Source: an uncultured Armatimonadetes bacterium (GTDB lineage: Bacteria; Armatimonadota; UBA5829; DTJY01). Taken from it: 64,000 bases of DNA. Below are positions 1 to 10,509 of the stretch, piece by piece; within the stretch, counting starts at the first letter, position 1, and the number at the start of each line of letters is the position of its first letter. The notes under the pieces were generated by a model. The model saw nothing but the letters and a program-made list of their open reading frames with translations, made no database searches and was not told where the DNA came from. The stretch lies in contig OY970325.1 in assembly GCA_963717145.1 (NCBI GenBank), forward strand, positions 4,032,001-4,096,000, in the 5' to 3' direction. The translations under genes and the position numbers were made by a program.

Positions 1-1040
1 CGCCCGAAAGAAATCCGTTGTAGAGAGTGCGCTCGATCACGTCGGTGAAGCGCGCCTCACCCCTGGCCAGGAGCATCCGCCAGTTCCACATGATGCTTGC
101 GATCGAGGCGCACGTCTCAGCGTAGGCATGCTCGTTGGAGAGTTCGTATGGCGCGCCGAACTGCTCGCCCGCCGCCCGCGAGCCGATCGCCCCGGTGATG
201 TACATCTTGCGGAGAGTCGCATCCTCCCAGAGCCGTTCGAGCGCGTCGAGGGTCGCCCGGTCGCCGGTCTCGAGGTAGTAGTCGGCGGCCGCCCGATGCG
301 AGGTACCCCGCGCGGACGGAATGGCCGCTGATCTCCGACTTCTCGGCGAACTTCCATAGTGAGAGGAAGTATCCGGCGAGGTCGAGGTACTTCGCCTGCC
401 CGGTCGCGCGGTACAGCTCGATCAGCGCCATCTCGACCTCGGGATGGCCGTCGGGGACCTCGATCTTCCCGGGCCCGAAAGTCTCGGTCAGGAAGTCGGC
501 GTACCGTGAGGCGGCGTCGAGGAGCCTCGTCTCGCCGGTCGCGCGGTAGTGAGCCACCGCGGCCTGGAAGATGTGCCCGGCGCAGTACAATTCGTGCTCG
601 ACCGGCAGGTTCCTGAACCGCTGATCGGCGAGTTCGCCGGTGAAAAAGCTGTGGATGTAGCCGTCCTCGCGCTGGATGGCGATCAGATCGTCGAGCGCTC
701 CTTCGAGCATCCGGCGGACCTCGGGATCATCGTGCGACTGAAGTACCCATGCCGCGCCTTCCATCCATTTAGCGAGGTCGGAGTCGGTCCAGAATGCGCC
801 TCGCCGCTCGACGTTCCTGCGGCCCGAGATACGCCTGAGGTTGTCGAGGACGCCGTGCTCCTCGAGTCGGCGGTGAAGCTGCGGGATGCCGTTCCTGCGG
901 TTGGCCTCGATCCTGGGGAGCCAGAATCCGGGGCGCATGGTGACGGCCCGGACGGGTACGGATCGAAGCCGCGCATGTGGGCTGTTTCGCGTGTCTACGA
1001 CGCCTGCGTTCCTCCAGGCTGTGGGTTCGGTAGTGGCCAT
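1..1040 (-). CDS. GH127 (DUF1680) beta-L-arabinofuranosidase-like glycoside hydrolase; runs off window start; apparent frameshift near 288
   Basis: Motifs DSDLAKWMEG, HELYCAGH, GHPEVEMAL and GHSVRAGYL. After the shift another frame reads ADYYLETGD...YAETCASI...ERTLYNG. ATG at 1040 with GGAGG upstream. Confidence 0.8.
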
Positions 1041-1182
1041 GGTGACCCTCCAATGTGCAAGTGAGAGCAGTATAAGCGCACTGGGGAGGGTAGTCAAGCT
1101 GCGGGGCGGGGAAAAGCTTCCATGGATGTTTGAGCGGGGGACTGGCAAGCGCGGCCCCCCGCTCATACTTCGTCCGGTGCTC

Positions 1183-1977
1183 CTATGGGGGGGGCGCCGG
1201 GTACAGCTGCTGAACGACCTGATCGCCAACAAGCAGCACGAGCACGCCATTCTGGCAGCGCAACTTGGCGAACCAGGGAACTCTGATCCGAGAATTGGCC
1301 TTGAGCAGGAACACGTCCGGGCAGCCGGAGAATTGCCGCTGCACCACGAGCCCGCCGGTCGCCAGATTGGGCGGGAATAGGTTCCCCGACGGGTCAGCAA
1401 AGTTCACGGCAAGGCACCCGTCAGTGTTCACGTTGCAGGGGAAAGGAAACGGGTGCGGCTTGAAGAGCTTGTTCTCCGTGACTGAGGAATCCACGCCGAT
1501 CTGATACTTAAGGAGCGAGGCGGCGAGCCAAGTGTGGGCTCCCATGTCCAGCACCCCTTCGTCAACGTGAAGATCGATCACGATTGACCAGCCGGGATCG
1601 AGAGTTACATAGAACCAGCGATTAAGCACGCCGGGGTCTCGGTCCTGGATGAGCAGCTTGAACGTTCTGCGGATCGAAGACTGGTTCCGGATTTCATTCT
1701 CCCACATGTGCAGTTGGAAGGACTGCAGCGCGTCAGTGAACTGGACGAACTCCCCGCCCTCAAATGATCCTGCGAACGTGGGAGGATTGCCTCCTACCAC
1801 TGGGTTGGGCGCTGCGGGAATGCCCGGCCAGGGGAACAGGGTGTCATAAGCTCCCCCAGCGTTGAGATCGAAATGCACGACATCGCCGTGCGTCGGCAGA
1901 TGTGCCGCATAGGCCGACCCCATGCACGCGACCAGCGCTGCCCCAAGCAGCAGTGCTACAAGAACAGACTTTCTCAT
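1183..1977 (-). CDS. Secreted hypothetical protein, paralog 1 of 3
   Basis: Signal peptide ending AYA-A. Highly similar to 3051..3851 and 5831..6628, with four conserved Cys. GGAGG RBS. Confidence 0.8.
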   Translation of the reverse strand: MRKSVLVALLLGAALVACMGSAYAAHLPTHGDVVHFDLNAGGAYDTLFPWPGIPAAPNPVVGGNPPTFAGSFEGGEFVQFTDALQSFQLHMWENEIRNQSSIRRTFKLLIQDRDPGVLNRWFYVTLDPGWSIVIDLHVDEGVLDMGAHTWLAASLLKYQIGVDSSVTENKLFKPHPFPFPCNVNTDGCLAVNFADPSGNLFPPNLATGGLVVQRQFSGCPDVFLLKANSRIRVPWFAKLRCQNGVLVLLVGDQVVQQLYPAPPP

Positions 1978-2388
1978 TACTTTGCCCTCCTAGAGAGATT
2001 TATTGGCTCTGGGCGGCCCCTGCGCCATCGTGCCTGCAGTTCTGCATGCTTGCCGGCCTGCCGGCCAGACAGCGAAACAGCCGCGTGCATCCTGCTCGAG
2101 CCTCCAGCCTTCCTTGGCTCTCGCCTGCCCGATATCCGCAAGCAAGTTCTGAGAGTTGATACCCCGATATCGCTTAGCTAAACCAGCCCGCGCGAGGCGT
2201 TTTTCGGCGGATGAACCTTTCGTTCAAATTCGTCGTTTTATCGGAGTGAAGCCGATCATGGGTCTGCGTAGGAGTTCAGAGGGAACACGGGGGAAGTGAG
2301 TTGTATGAAGGAGCTGCCCGATACCGAGTGGTGGTGGGTGGCATCCGAAAGAAAACGGTCAGCGGTGCTGCTCGCCGTTCACTTTTCC

Positions 2389-2766
2389 CTACAGCATCCT
2401 GCCGATCAGGATGCCCGCGACGAGTGCACCGACGCCGAGAACGGTGTGCCCGAAGACATTGCCAAATGCCGCCATCCACTCCGCCGACTTGAGCAGCCTG
2501 GCGGTGTCGAAAGCGTAGGCCGAGAATGTCGTAAACGCGCCCAGGAAGCCGGTAAGCGCGATGAGGCGAATGTCGGAGCTGATGTGCATCTTCTTCTGCG
2601 CGAGAACGTATATGAGGCCGAAGAGAAAACTTCCGAGGATGTTGACAGTGAATGTCCCCAGCGGAAACGCACCGGTTTTTGCCCTGGACGCCAACTCGCA
2701 TACCGTGAAACGGCTTACCGTGCCGGCCGCGCCCGCGAGCGCGAGCCACAGTAGTTTCTGAAGCAT
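2389..2766 (-). CDS. crcB: Fluoride efflux channel CrcB/Fluc
   Basis: FPLGTFTVNILGSF and TGFLGAFTTFS signatures, four TM segments, AGGAGG RBS before ATG at 2766. Confidence 0.95.
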   Translation of the reverse strand: MLQKLLWLALAGAAGTVSRFTVCELASRAKTGAFPLGTFTVNILGSFLFGLIYVLAQKKMHISSDIRLIALTGFLGAFTTFSAYAFDTARLLKSAEWMAAFGNVFGHTVLGVGALVAGILIGRML

Positions 2767-2799
2767 GATAACCTCCTGCAATTCCGCGACGATAATTCG

Positions 2800-2870
2800 G
2801 TAGGGGCGAAGCATTGGCTACCGCTGTCCCGAGACGCCTTCGTAACCGGTAGCAAATGCTTCGCCCCTAC
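2800..2870. repeat. GTAG-type REP-like hairpin (GTAGGGGCGAAGCATT...AATGCTTCGCCCCTAC)
   Basis: Inverted arms are visible. Related copies at ~11022-11053, ~12925-12993, ~18152 and 63285-63345. Confidence 0.8.
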
Positions 2871-2884
2871 AGGTTTTGCGAATT

Positions 2885-2941
2885 GTAGGAGTCATCAGCC
2901 CACTTCATCAGCGACGGACGGTTTCGGTGGACTCCATCACC
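2885..2941 (-). ncRNA. Fluoride riboswitch (crcB motif)
   Basis: Minus strand reads GGTGATGGAGTCCACC-GAAACCG...GCTGATGACTCCTAC, matching the family consensus, upstream of crcB. Confidence 0.93.
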
Positions 2942-3050
2942 ATCATGGGGATTATACATGAGGCCGACGGATCGGTCCACCCAGACAAGCTTTCGGCGGG
3001 GGGCCTGGCAAGCTCGGCCCCCCCTCACTACGCCCCACGCTCTAAGAGAC

Positions 3051-3851
3051 CTACAGGTAAGTCGCCGGGTAGAGTCTCCTCAGGACCTGATCGCCAACCA
3101 GGAGCACAAGCTCACCCTCTACGCAGCGTACCTTGGCAAACCACGGGGCTCTGTTGCGGCCATTCGTCATGAGCAGCAACACGTCCGGGCAACCGGCGAA
3201 GTACTGCTCCCGATAGAGCCCACCGGTCGCGACATTCGGAGCCAGTACGGTCCCCTGCGGGTCTACAAAGCGCACGGCCAGACATCCGTCGACGTTCTCG
3301 TCGCACGGGAACGGATATGGATCCGGCGCGAATAACTTGTTCTCCGTCACTGAGGAATCCACGTCGATCGGGTACTTGAGTAGCGAGGCCGCCACCCAGG
3401 TATATTCGCCAATCTCCGGTATATCCGCAACGTGCAGATCGAACACGATCGACCATCCGGGATCCAGAGTCACCCAGAACCAGCGGGTGAGCGGCCCCAT
3501 GGAGTTCTCGTTCTGGATGACCAGTCTGAACGTCCTTCTGATTGTCGTGGGGTTCCGTATCTCGTTCTCCCACATATGCAGCATGTTCGAAGACAGCGCG
3601 TCAGTGAAGTTGGCGAACTCTCCGCCCTCGAATGATCCCGCGTAGGTGGGCGGCTGGCCTCCTACCACCGGATTCGGCCATGCGGGAATGCCCGGCCAAC
3701 GCTTCAATGTGTCGTACCCCGGGTTCGGGTTGAGGTCGAAATGCACGGTGTCGCCGTGCGTCGGCAGATGAGCCGCATAGGCCGTCCCGGAGCCTATCAG
3801 GGCGGCCAGCGCTGCCACAAGAATCAGTGTTACGAAACCAGACTTTGCCAT
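3051..3851 (-). CDS. Secreted hypothetical protein, paralog 2 of 3
   Basis: Signal peptide. AAHLPTHGDTVHFDLN...SSVTENKLF...DGCLAV...GCPDV shared with the paralogs. Confidence 0.8.
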   Translation of the reverse strand: MAKSGFVTLILVAALAALIGSGTAYAAHLPTHGDTVHFDLNPNPGYDTLKRWPGIPAWPNPVVGGQPPTYAGSFEGGEFANFTDALSSNMLHMWENEIRNPTTIRRTFRLVIQNENSMGPLTRWFWVTLDPGWSIVFDLHVADIPEIGEYTWVAASLLKYPIDVDSSVTENKLFAPDPYPFPCDENVDGCLAVRFVDPQGTVLAPNVATGGLYREQYFAGCPDVLLLMTNGRNRAPWFAKVRCVEGELVLLVGDQVLRRLYPATYL

Positions 3852-4020
3852 TGCTTCTCCTCCGAAAGAGATTTTGTGGCTCTCTGCGGCCTTGCGCTAC
3901 TGTGTCTAGCAGGTATTCATGCTTGCCATCCTGCCGGCCAAACAGCGAACGGCCGCGCGCATCCTGCCCGAGCCCTTCCAGCTTCCTTGCCCATTGCCTG
4001 TTCCGATATCGGCAGGCTAG

Positions 4021-5609
4021 CAGCCTGTCCATGAAATAACCTCTGGCGCAAGGTGCCAGGTATGTAGTAAAATACGGGTATGAGCAAGCCATACCTTCCT
4101 TATCAACCTGACCAGATATTGCTGTTGCCGCCCTTGATGTCGGAGTGGCTGCCCGAGGGACATCTCGCATACTTTGTGAGCGATGTCGTAGACAGTCTCG
4201 ACCTTTCCGCGATATACGCCTCATACGAGAAAGAGGCCCGAGGAGCGCCGCCGTTCCATCCGGCAATGCTTACAAAGATCATATTCTACGGTTTGTGCCG
4301 GGGAGTGTATTCATCTCGAAAGCTCTCCCTGGCCACGTATGAAGATGTAGCCTTCCGGGTGCTTGCGGCAGGAAATCATCCCGACTTCCGCACGATAAGC
4401 GAGTTCAGGAAGAGGCATCTCAAGTCCCTTGCGGACCTGTTTGTGCAAGTGCTCAGGCTATGCGCAAGCGCCGGGCTTGTGTCGATGAAACACATAGCCA
4501 TAGACGGAACAAAGCTGCTTGCCAACGCAAGCAAGCACTCCGCCATGAGCTACTCTCGGATGGTCGAGAAAGAAAAAGAGCTTCAGGCTGAGATCGAGGC
4601 GCTCCTTGCGAAGGGTCTTTCTGTGGACGACCAGGAAGACGCGGAATATGGTCTTGACCGCCGAGGAGACGAACTCCCGGAGGAACTCGCAACCAGAGAG
4701 AAGCGGCTCGCCAAGATCAGGGAAGCAAAAGAAGCGCTGGAGCGCGAGGCCAAAGAGCGAGCATCAGCCGAAGAAGCGATGCGAGCCCAAGAGAAGGCGG
4801 AGCAGGAAGCATCCGGGAAGAAGCCTCGCGGCAGAGAGCCGGGGCCCGTAAAGACAGAGCCGGAAGGGAAGGCACAGCGGAACTTCACAGACCCGGAAAG
4901 CCGGATAATGAAGGACGCAAAGAAAGCCTTCGTGCAGGCATACAACGGACAAGCTGCGGTAGACGCAGATCATCAGATTGTAGTGGCGTGTGATCTCACG
5001 AACCAGGCAGCGGACTCACCGCATCTTAGTGACATGATCGAGGCAATCAAGGAGAACACCGGAAAGAAACCGGAAGAACTATCCGCCGATGCCGGATACT
5101 TCAGCAGCGACAACATAGAGATGGTCGAGCAGCAAGGGATCGACGCTTATATACCGCCTGACAGACAACGTCATGGCAAAGAGCCGACGGCGCACTTCCT
5201 GCCTTGATCCGGCAAAGCAATCCGCCGCAGATCGCCAGAGAGCAAAGCTCTTGACTCCTCTTGGCCGAAAGATCTACGGGAGGCGGAAGGAGACGGTAGA
5301 GCCGGTGTTCGGCCAGATCAAGAGCGCACGGAACTTCCGAGGCTTCCTACTCCGAGGCCTTGCGAAAGCGAAGTCGGAGTGGACGCTTGCGTGTCTTGGG
5401 CACAACATGCTGAAGCTATACCGATACGGCGACCGGAAATCGATCTTCGATACGTAGATATATGACCTGGATCAGGCTGATTATCAAGGTACAAGGGGTC
5501 TTTACAGACCCTCGCCGGAAATCCGGCGAAAAACACTATCGAACAGCAGCCAGCGCGACCCCGCAGATGGGAAACTCACCCACATAGCGGGGAATTCTCA
5601 GACAGGCTG
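4021..5609 (+). mobile_element. IS1182-family insertion sequence with CTAG target duplication
   Basis: Terminal IRs CAGCCTGTC (4021) and GACAGGCTG (5601-5609). CTAG at 4017-4020 and 5610-5613. The flanks rejoin into the leader seen upstream of paralogs 1 and 3. Confidence 0.9.
4080..5457 (+). CDS. IS1182-family DDE transposase, frameshifted near 5190
   Basis: WLPEGHLAYF, PDFRTISEFRKR, IDGTK, YNGQAAVD and ADAGY motifs. The C-terminal RRKETVEPVFGQIK lies in the 5173..5457 frame. Confidence 0.9.
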
Positions 5610-5830
5610 CTAGTCATGTGAGTGGATACCCCAATATCGCTTAGCCAAACCGAGCCGCGCGAGGTCTCTTGCAGGCGATCACCTGGCCGACCACGGCAAT
5701 CTTTCGGCATGAGCGGTATTCAGGCGCACAGGGGAGGGTGGTCGAGCTGAGGGGTGGCAGAAAGGGTGGGTGGGGGACTGACAAGCAGACCCCCACCGTA
5801 CTTCGTCCGGGACTCTACAGGGACTCGCGG

Positions 5831-6628
5831 TTAGCCACCAAACCCGCGGTATATCGTGGTGGACTGGCTGCCGGTCAACACCACAAGCCTGCCGTCCTGG
5901 CAACGCAACTTGCTGAACCAGGGGAACCTGAGTCGCTGATTGGTCTTCAGCAGGAATACGTCCGGGCAGCCGGAGAAGAACCGCGATATATAGCTCCCGC
6001 CGGTCGCGGCGTTGGGCGCCAGTACGTGCCCCTGCGGGTCAACAAAGCGCACGGCGAGGCACCCGTCAACGTTCTCGTCACACGGGAACGGATACGGGTC
6101 CGGAGCGAATAGCTTGTTCTCCGTGACCGAGGAATCGATGTTGATCGGATACTTAAGGAGCGAGCCGGCGAGCCAGGTGAAGTTGCCCGTCTCCGTCAGC
6201 CCCTCCGAAACGTGAAGATCGAACACGATCGACCATCCGGGATCCAGAGTCACCCAGAAGAAATGGGGGAGCGTGAAGGGGTTCTCGTCCATGATGATCA
6301 GCTTGAAGGTCCTGGTGATCGTCGTAGGGTTCTGGAGTTCGTTCTCCCAGATGTGCAGCATATTCGAAGGCAGTGCGTCAGTGAATTGGACGAACTCCCC
6401 GCCCTCAAATGCTCCGGCGAAGGTGGGGGGCTGGCTCCCTACCACCGGATTCGGCGGTGCGGGAATGCCCGGCCATCTGAGCAGCGTGTCATAAGCTCCG
6501 TCCGGGTTGAGGTCGAAATGCACGGTGTCGCCGTGCGTCGGCACATGTGCCGCATAGGCCGTCCCAGAGCCCATCAGGGTGGCCAGCGCTGCCACAAGAA
6601 CCAGTGTCACGAAAACAGACTTTGTCAT
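5831..6628 (-). CDS. Secreted hypothetical protein, paralog 3 of 3
   Basis: Signal peptide and the same conserved blocks as paralogs 1 and 2. Confidence 0.8.
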   Translation of the reverse strand: MTKSVFVTLVLVAALATLMGSGTAYAAHVPTHGDTVHFDLNPDGAYDTLLRWPGIPAPPNPVVGSQPPTFAGAFEGGEFVQFTDALPSNMLHIWENELQNPTTITRTFKLIIMDENPFTLPHFFWVTLDPGWSIVFDLHVSEGLTETGNFTWLAGSLLKYPINIDSSVTENKLFAPDPYPFPCDENVDGCLAVRFVDPQGHVLAPNAATGGSYISRFFSGCPDVFLLKTNQRLRFPWFSKLRCQDGRLVVLTGSQSTTIYRGFGG

Positions 6629-6903
6629 AGCTTCTCCTCCGAAGAGATTTTGTAGCTCTCTGCGGACCTTGCGCCATTGTGTCTGCAGGTCGTCATGCTT
6701 GACGGCCTGCAGGCGAGACAGCGAAGAGTCGCGGCATCCTGCTCGAGCCTACCGGCCTTCCCTGGCCCTTGCCCGTTACCCACCGGCAAGTCTGACGCTT
6801 TGATACCCAAATATCGCCTAGCCAAACCGGCCACGCGCAAGGTTCTTTCCGGTGTTGGGAACAGGAATCGCAGGATGCCGTAAGGGGCGCGAATCCGTGG
6901 AAC

Positions 6904-7990
6904 CTACGCATGCAACGGAAGCAATCGGATCCAGGCGCAAACTTCGCGGACTGTTTCCGGGTGGCAGAGTGGCGGCATGACTCCTGCGGAGGTGACGACG
7001 ATCCCTCGATGGTGAGGCAAGGCATCGAGGTCCCGCTCGATCCGAGCGATGATCTCGGACGCCGGCCTCGTCCAGAGCATGGCGTTCGTGCCGCCGATCA
7101 GGCACTTGTCGGGACAGGCCGACCGCCCGTCGAGGAGCGTGGTGTTGCCGAGCGTGGGTGACGTGAACGCCTCGAACGCCGCCGCCGAAACCCGCGCGAG
7201 GTCGGGGAGCAGGTCCCTGAGGTGGCCGCACATGTGTAGGATCAGCAAACCGCCGGCATCTCGGACGGTTTGGCCACATTCCATCATGACCGGCTTGCAG
7301 TACCGGCGGAACTGATCGGGCGAAGTCAGTGTCGTCGAGGTGTTCTCCGTCAGGTAGAAGGCATCGGCGGGACTGTGCTCGGAGATCAGCCGCGTCCGCT
7401 CGATGAGCGCCCTCTGCATCGCGTCGAACAGCGCCTCGACCTCATTCGAGTAGTCCGCAAGCAGGAGGTGCGCACCTTCGATCCCCGCAAGCCATTCGAC
7501 GAACACCATCAGCGGCGTCGTGCCGATGTTGTGCACCGCGAGGGCGTTCTGCCCGATCTCCTCACAGGCGCTCTTGGCTTTCTCAAGACCCTCCGGATTC
7601 ACCTCATGATGCAGGTCTTCATACCATCGAGTGAGCGTGCGGATGTCCTCCGCGCTCTTGACGGGAAACTCCGCCGGATGCCACGCCTGGGACACCGGAT
7701 CGTATCGGTGGACCGCCAACGCCGTTCCGATCGGCGTGCGGTACGTCAGCCGCCTGATGTTTCCCTCGACGGTCGTGTCGAGCCAGGTGTCGGACCGGAC
7801 CTCGCGGATACATTCAGGCAGCCCTATGTGCTGGTCGCTGCCGATGAGATCATGCAGCGCCGGGACCGACAAGTCGCGGAAAGGAACATCCTGCGCTACC
7901 GCATACGCCGGGTTGATCTTTGGCCAGAACGGCAGACGGTCGACCGCCTCCATCCGCAGTGCCGCGAGCCATCTCTCTTTCGGGGTTAGC
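6904..7990 (-). CDS. Uroporphyrinogen decarboxylase/MtaA-CmuA methyltransferase-like protein; start uncertain because repeats overlap it
   Basis: TPKERWLAALR..DRLP N-terminus, HMCG metal motif, GNTTL..R, LIGG and GIVVTSAG. Confidence 0.75.
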
Positions 7991-8069
7991 TGTTGGATGT
8001 TCGACGTTCGATGTTCGATGTTCGGCTTTTCCCCTTCCGTGTTTTCGTATCCTTCCGTGCTTCCGTGTT

Positions 8070-9131
8070 CTATCCCCTCGCCTTCGCCAGGAAATCCTGG
8101 ACCTTGACCGGTTGGCCGGTGTGGCTGCTCTCGATCGCCGCGAAGATCAGCGCTATCGACTGGAGGTTGTCCTCGACGTTCGTCTCCATCGGTTCGCCGC
8201 CGTCGAGCCAGCGCACGAACTTCTCGATCAGCCAGGTGTTGGACCACTTCGGCTGCTCGATCAGCGGGATATCGTACGCCACATCTTCTTCGCCCCACTC
8301 CTTGTCCGGCTTGTAGGCATATCGCGTCACCTTCCGATGATCGAGGATCAGCGTCGACTTCTCGCACTCTGCGCGGAAGTACTCGTTCGACCAGCCGTTG
8401 AGGCAGACCGCGTTCGTCTTCGCGCCCTCATAGAAGCCTCGCGTGCCGTTCTCGAACGACATGATCACCAGGCCCTGGGAGTCGCCCGCGAACTCGCCCC
8501 AGACCGGATTCCAGGTCTGCGCGTAGATCGTGTCGCACTTGGCCCCGGCGAAATCGGCCATGATGTCGAGGTGATGGACTGCGCCCTCGACCATCAGCGC
8601 ATCGGGGATCTCGTGGCGGAACTTGCCCCAGGACGCGAACCGCCGGCAGTCGTGCGTGAACCGGCAGATCAGGTAGTCGAGCGCACCATGCTCCCCCGAG
8701 CGGAGTTCCTGGCGCATCGTCGTCTTGTCCTGGTCGAAGCGGTGGCTCATGGTGACGCCCATCTTCTTGCCGGCCTGCTTGACCTTCTCCGCGATACGCA
8801 CCGACGCCTCAAGCGTGTCGGCGATCGGCTTCTCGGACAGGATGTGCAGGTCGTGCTCGAGGGCAATGTCGACGACGCCCTCGTGGAAGGCCGGCGGCAC
8901 GACGATCGTGCAGAAGTCGGCCTTGTTCTCGTCGAACGCCTTGCGGATGTCGGTGTAGCACTGATCGTCCCGCAGACCGAGGCCTTCCTTCGCGTTGACG
9001 AAGGACTCGGGATTGATGTCGACGGCTGCGACGACCTCGACGAGACCTTCCTCGACGTTCGGTGGCAGGAAGTTCCTGCACCACCACCCTCCGAACCCAC
9101 CTGTTCCAACCTGAATCATCTTGTATGCCAT
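8070..9131 (-). CDS. Gfo/Idh/MocA oxidoreductase
   Basis: QVGTGGFG Rossmann motif, ILSEKPIAD, GAVHHLD. Confidence 0.9.
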   Translation of the reverse strand: MAYKMIQVGTGGFGGWWCRNFLPPNVEEGLVEVVAAVDINPESFVNAKEGLGLRDDQCYTDIRKAFDENKADFCTIVVPPAFHEGVVDIALEHDLHILSEKPIADTLEASVRIAEKVKQAGKKMGVTMSHRFDQDKTTMRQELRSGEHGALDYLICRFTHDCRRFASWGKFRHEIPDALMVEGAVHHLDIMADFAGAKCDTIYAQTWNPVWGEFAGDSQGLVIMSFENGTRGFYEGAKTNAVCLNGWSNEYFRAECEKSTLILDHRKVTRYAYKPDKEWGEEDVAYDIPLIEQPKWSNTWLIEKFVRWLDGGEPMETNVEDNLQSIALIFAAIESSHTGQPVKVQDFLAKARG

Positions 9132-9273
9132 GTCTGCCTCCTCTTACTCATACTCATACTCATACTCAAACCGGGCCACCGACAACGAATGACTGAACGA
9201 ATAAACGAATGCTGTCGGCGAGAGGCAATTCGTTTATTCGTTACCCTATTCGTTGTCGGTCGGCAGCACGAGC

Positions 9274-10374
9274 CTAATACTTACACTCTCTCAATGCATC
9301 CGCGAATGCCTGAAGATTCTCCGGATCGCCGTGGAAGAAGTGATCGCTCGGGCAGCAGATATAGCCGCCGTTCGGGCACGCGGCGTGCAGCTCATGAACC
9401 ATGTCCCTGACGACCTCCGGCGATCCGTGCTCGAAGCCCCGGTTCTGGTCGAACCCGCCGACGAAGAACAGCTTATCTCCCACCAGTTGCTCTGCCAGCG
9501 CCAGATCGCAGTCGGCGCCCATGCTCGGCGGAGTCATCGTCTCCAGCCCGTCCGATCCGTTCGCGACGACGAGATCGAGCGTCTTCATCAGGCCGCCGCA
9601 GAGGTGGTAGACGACCTTGAACCCGGCGGCATGGAGCGCATCCACCTGCTGTTTATCGTATGGCAGGCAGAACTCCTCGTGGAGTTTCGGGCTGATGACG
9701 GTGTTCGATCCTGCGCCGCCACCGATCTCGATCAGGTCGAGCGGAACCTCGCCGGCCATCATCTCGATGATCTTCACCTGCTTCGCGACCATCGCCCGCT
9801 CGACGTGATGGACCCATTCCGGCTCATCGATGGCGAACATGATCGCCTCCTGAGTGCCGACCATGAAGCAGAAGCTCTGCCACGCGCCGACCTGGCCGTA
9901 GCCCCAAATGCCGCCCCTGACGATCCCTCTGTCACCGAGCCTGTCCAGGCAGGCTCTCACCGGCGAGCCGTCCACGCCGGTCGGAACCGGGAAGTACCTG
10001 TCGAACAACTCGAAATCCTGCTTGGTCTTGATGAGATGTTCCGTGACCCAGCCGGTAATCTCGTTCGCCGAGCCGCTCGTGCGCAGGTCGCCGCCGGGGG
10101 TCTTGATCACGTCGATCCAGCTCCGGACGCCGTCCGCGTCGGTGCCGAGGTCGGTATGCTCGTCCTGCCAGTTCGCGAGGTCACGCTCGTCGTACGACAT
10201 ACCAGGCCCGGCGTAGATCGCCATGTCGAGCCCAAACCGCTCGTATGCCTGATACTGGTCGACGCCGTCGAGGTAGGTCTTGAGGTAGTACGGCATCCAG
10301 CAGTGAACCTGTCCCGGCAGGCGATCGGGTTTGCCGTTGTTGATTGCGGTGAGCATTCGTTCGCGACTATTCAT
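9274..10374 (-). CDS. URO-D/MtaA-like protein
   Basis: MNSRERMLTAI..KPDRLP, YHLCGG, FVGGFDQ, GGYICCPSDH. Confidence 0.85.
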   Translation of the reverse strand: MNSRERMLTAINNGKPDRLPGQVHCWMPYYLKTYLDGVDQYQAYERFGLDMAIYAGPGMSYDERDLANWQDEHTDLGTDADGVRSWIDVIKTPGGDLRTSGSANEITGWVTEHLIKTKQDFELFDRYFPVPTGVDGSPVRACLDRLGDRGIVRGGIWGYGQVGAWQSFCFMVGTQEAIMFAIDEPEWVHHVERAMVAKQVKIIEMMAGEVPLDLIEIGGGAGSNTVISPKLHEEFCLPYDKQQVDALHAAGFKVVYHLCGGLMKTLDLVVANGSDGLETMTPPSMGADCDLALAEQLVGDKLFFVGGFDQNRGFEHGSPEVVRDMVHELHAACPNGGYICCPSDHFFHGDPENLQAFADALRECKY

Positions 10375-10509
10375 TCTGTGGTGACCTTCAGCAATGCGTT
10401 CCTCAAATATATCAGCAAATGGTTGTTTGTTTTCTATGCCGGATCGAGTCCCGCTCTATGTTACCAGATTGTCCAAGGCGCCCAGCGCTAGGAGAGCCGC
10501 CCCATAGCC

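Noticed and set aside
1978-2200. Known riboswitch (c-di-GMP, cobalamin, SAM) as the paralog leader
   Set aside because: I could not match the diagnostic consensus motifs by eye. It is left as an unknown candidate pending an Rfam search.
5160-5210. Programmed frameshift in the transposase
   Set aside because: No slippery heptamer at the junction, and IS1182 transposases are normally single ORFs. A mutation or sequencing indel is more likely.
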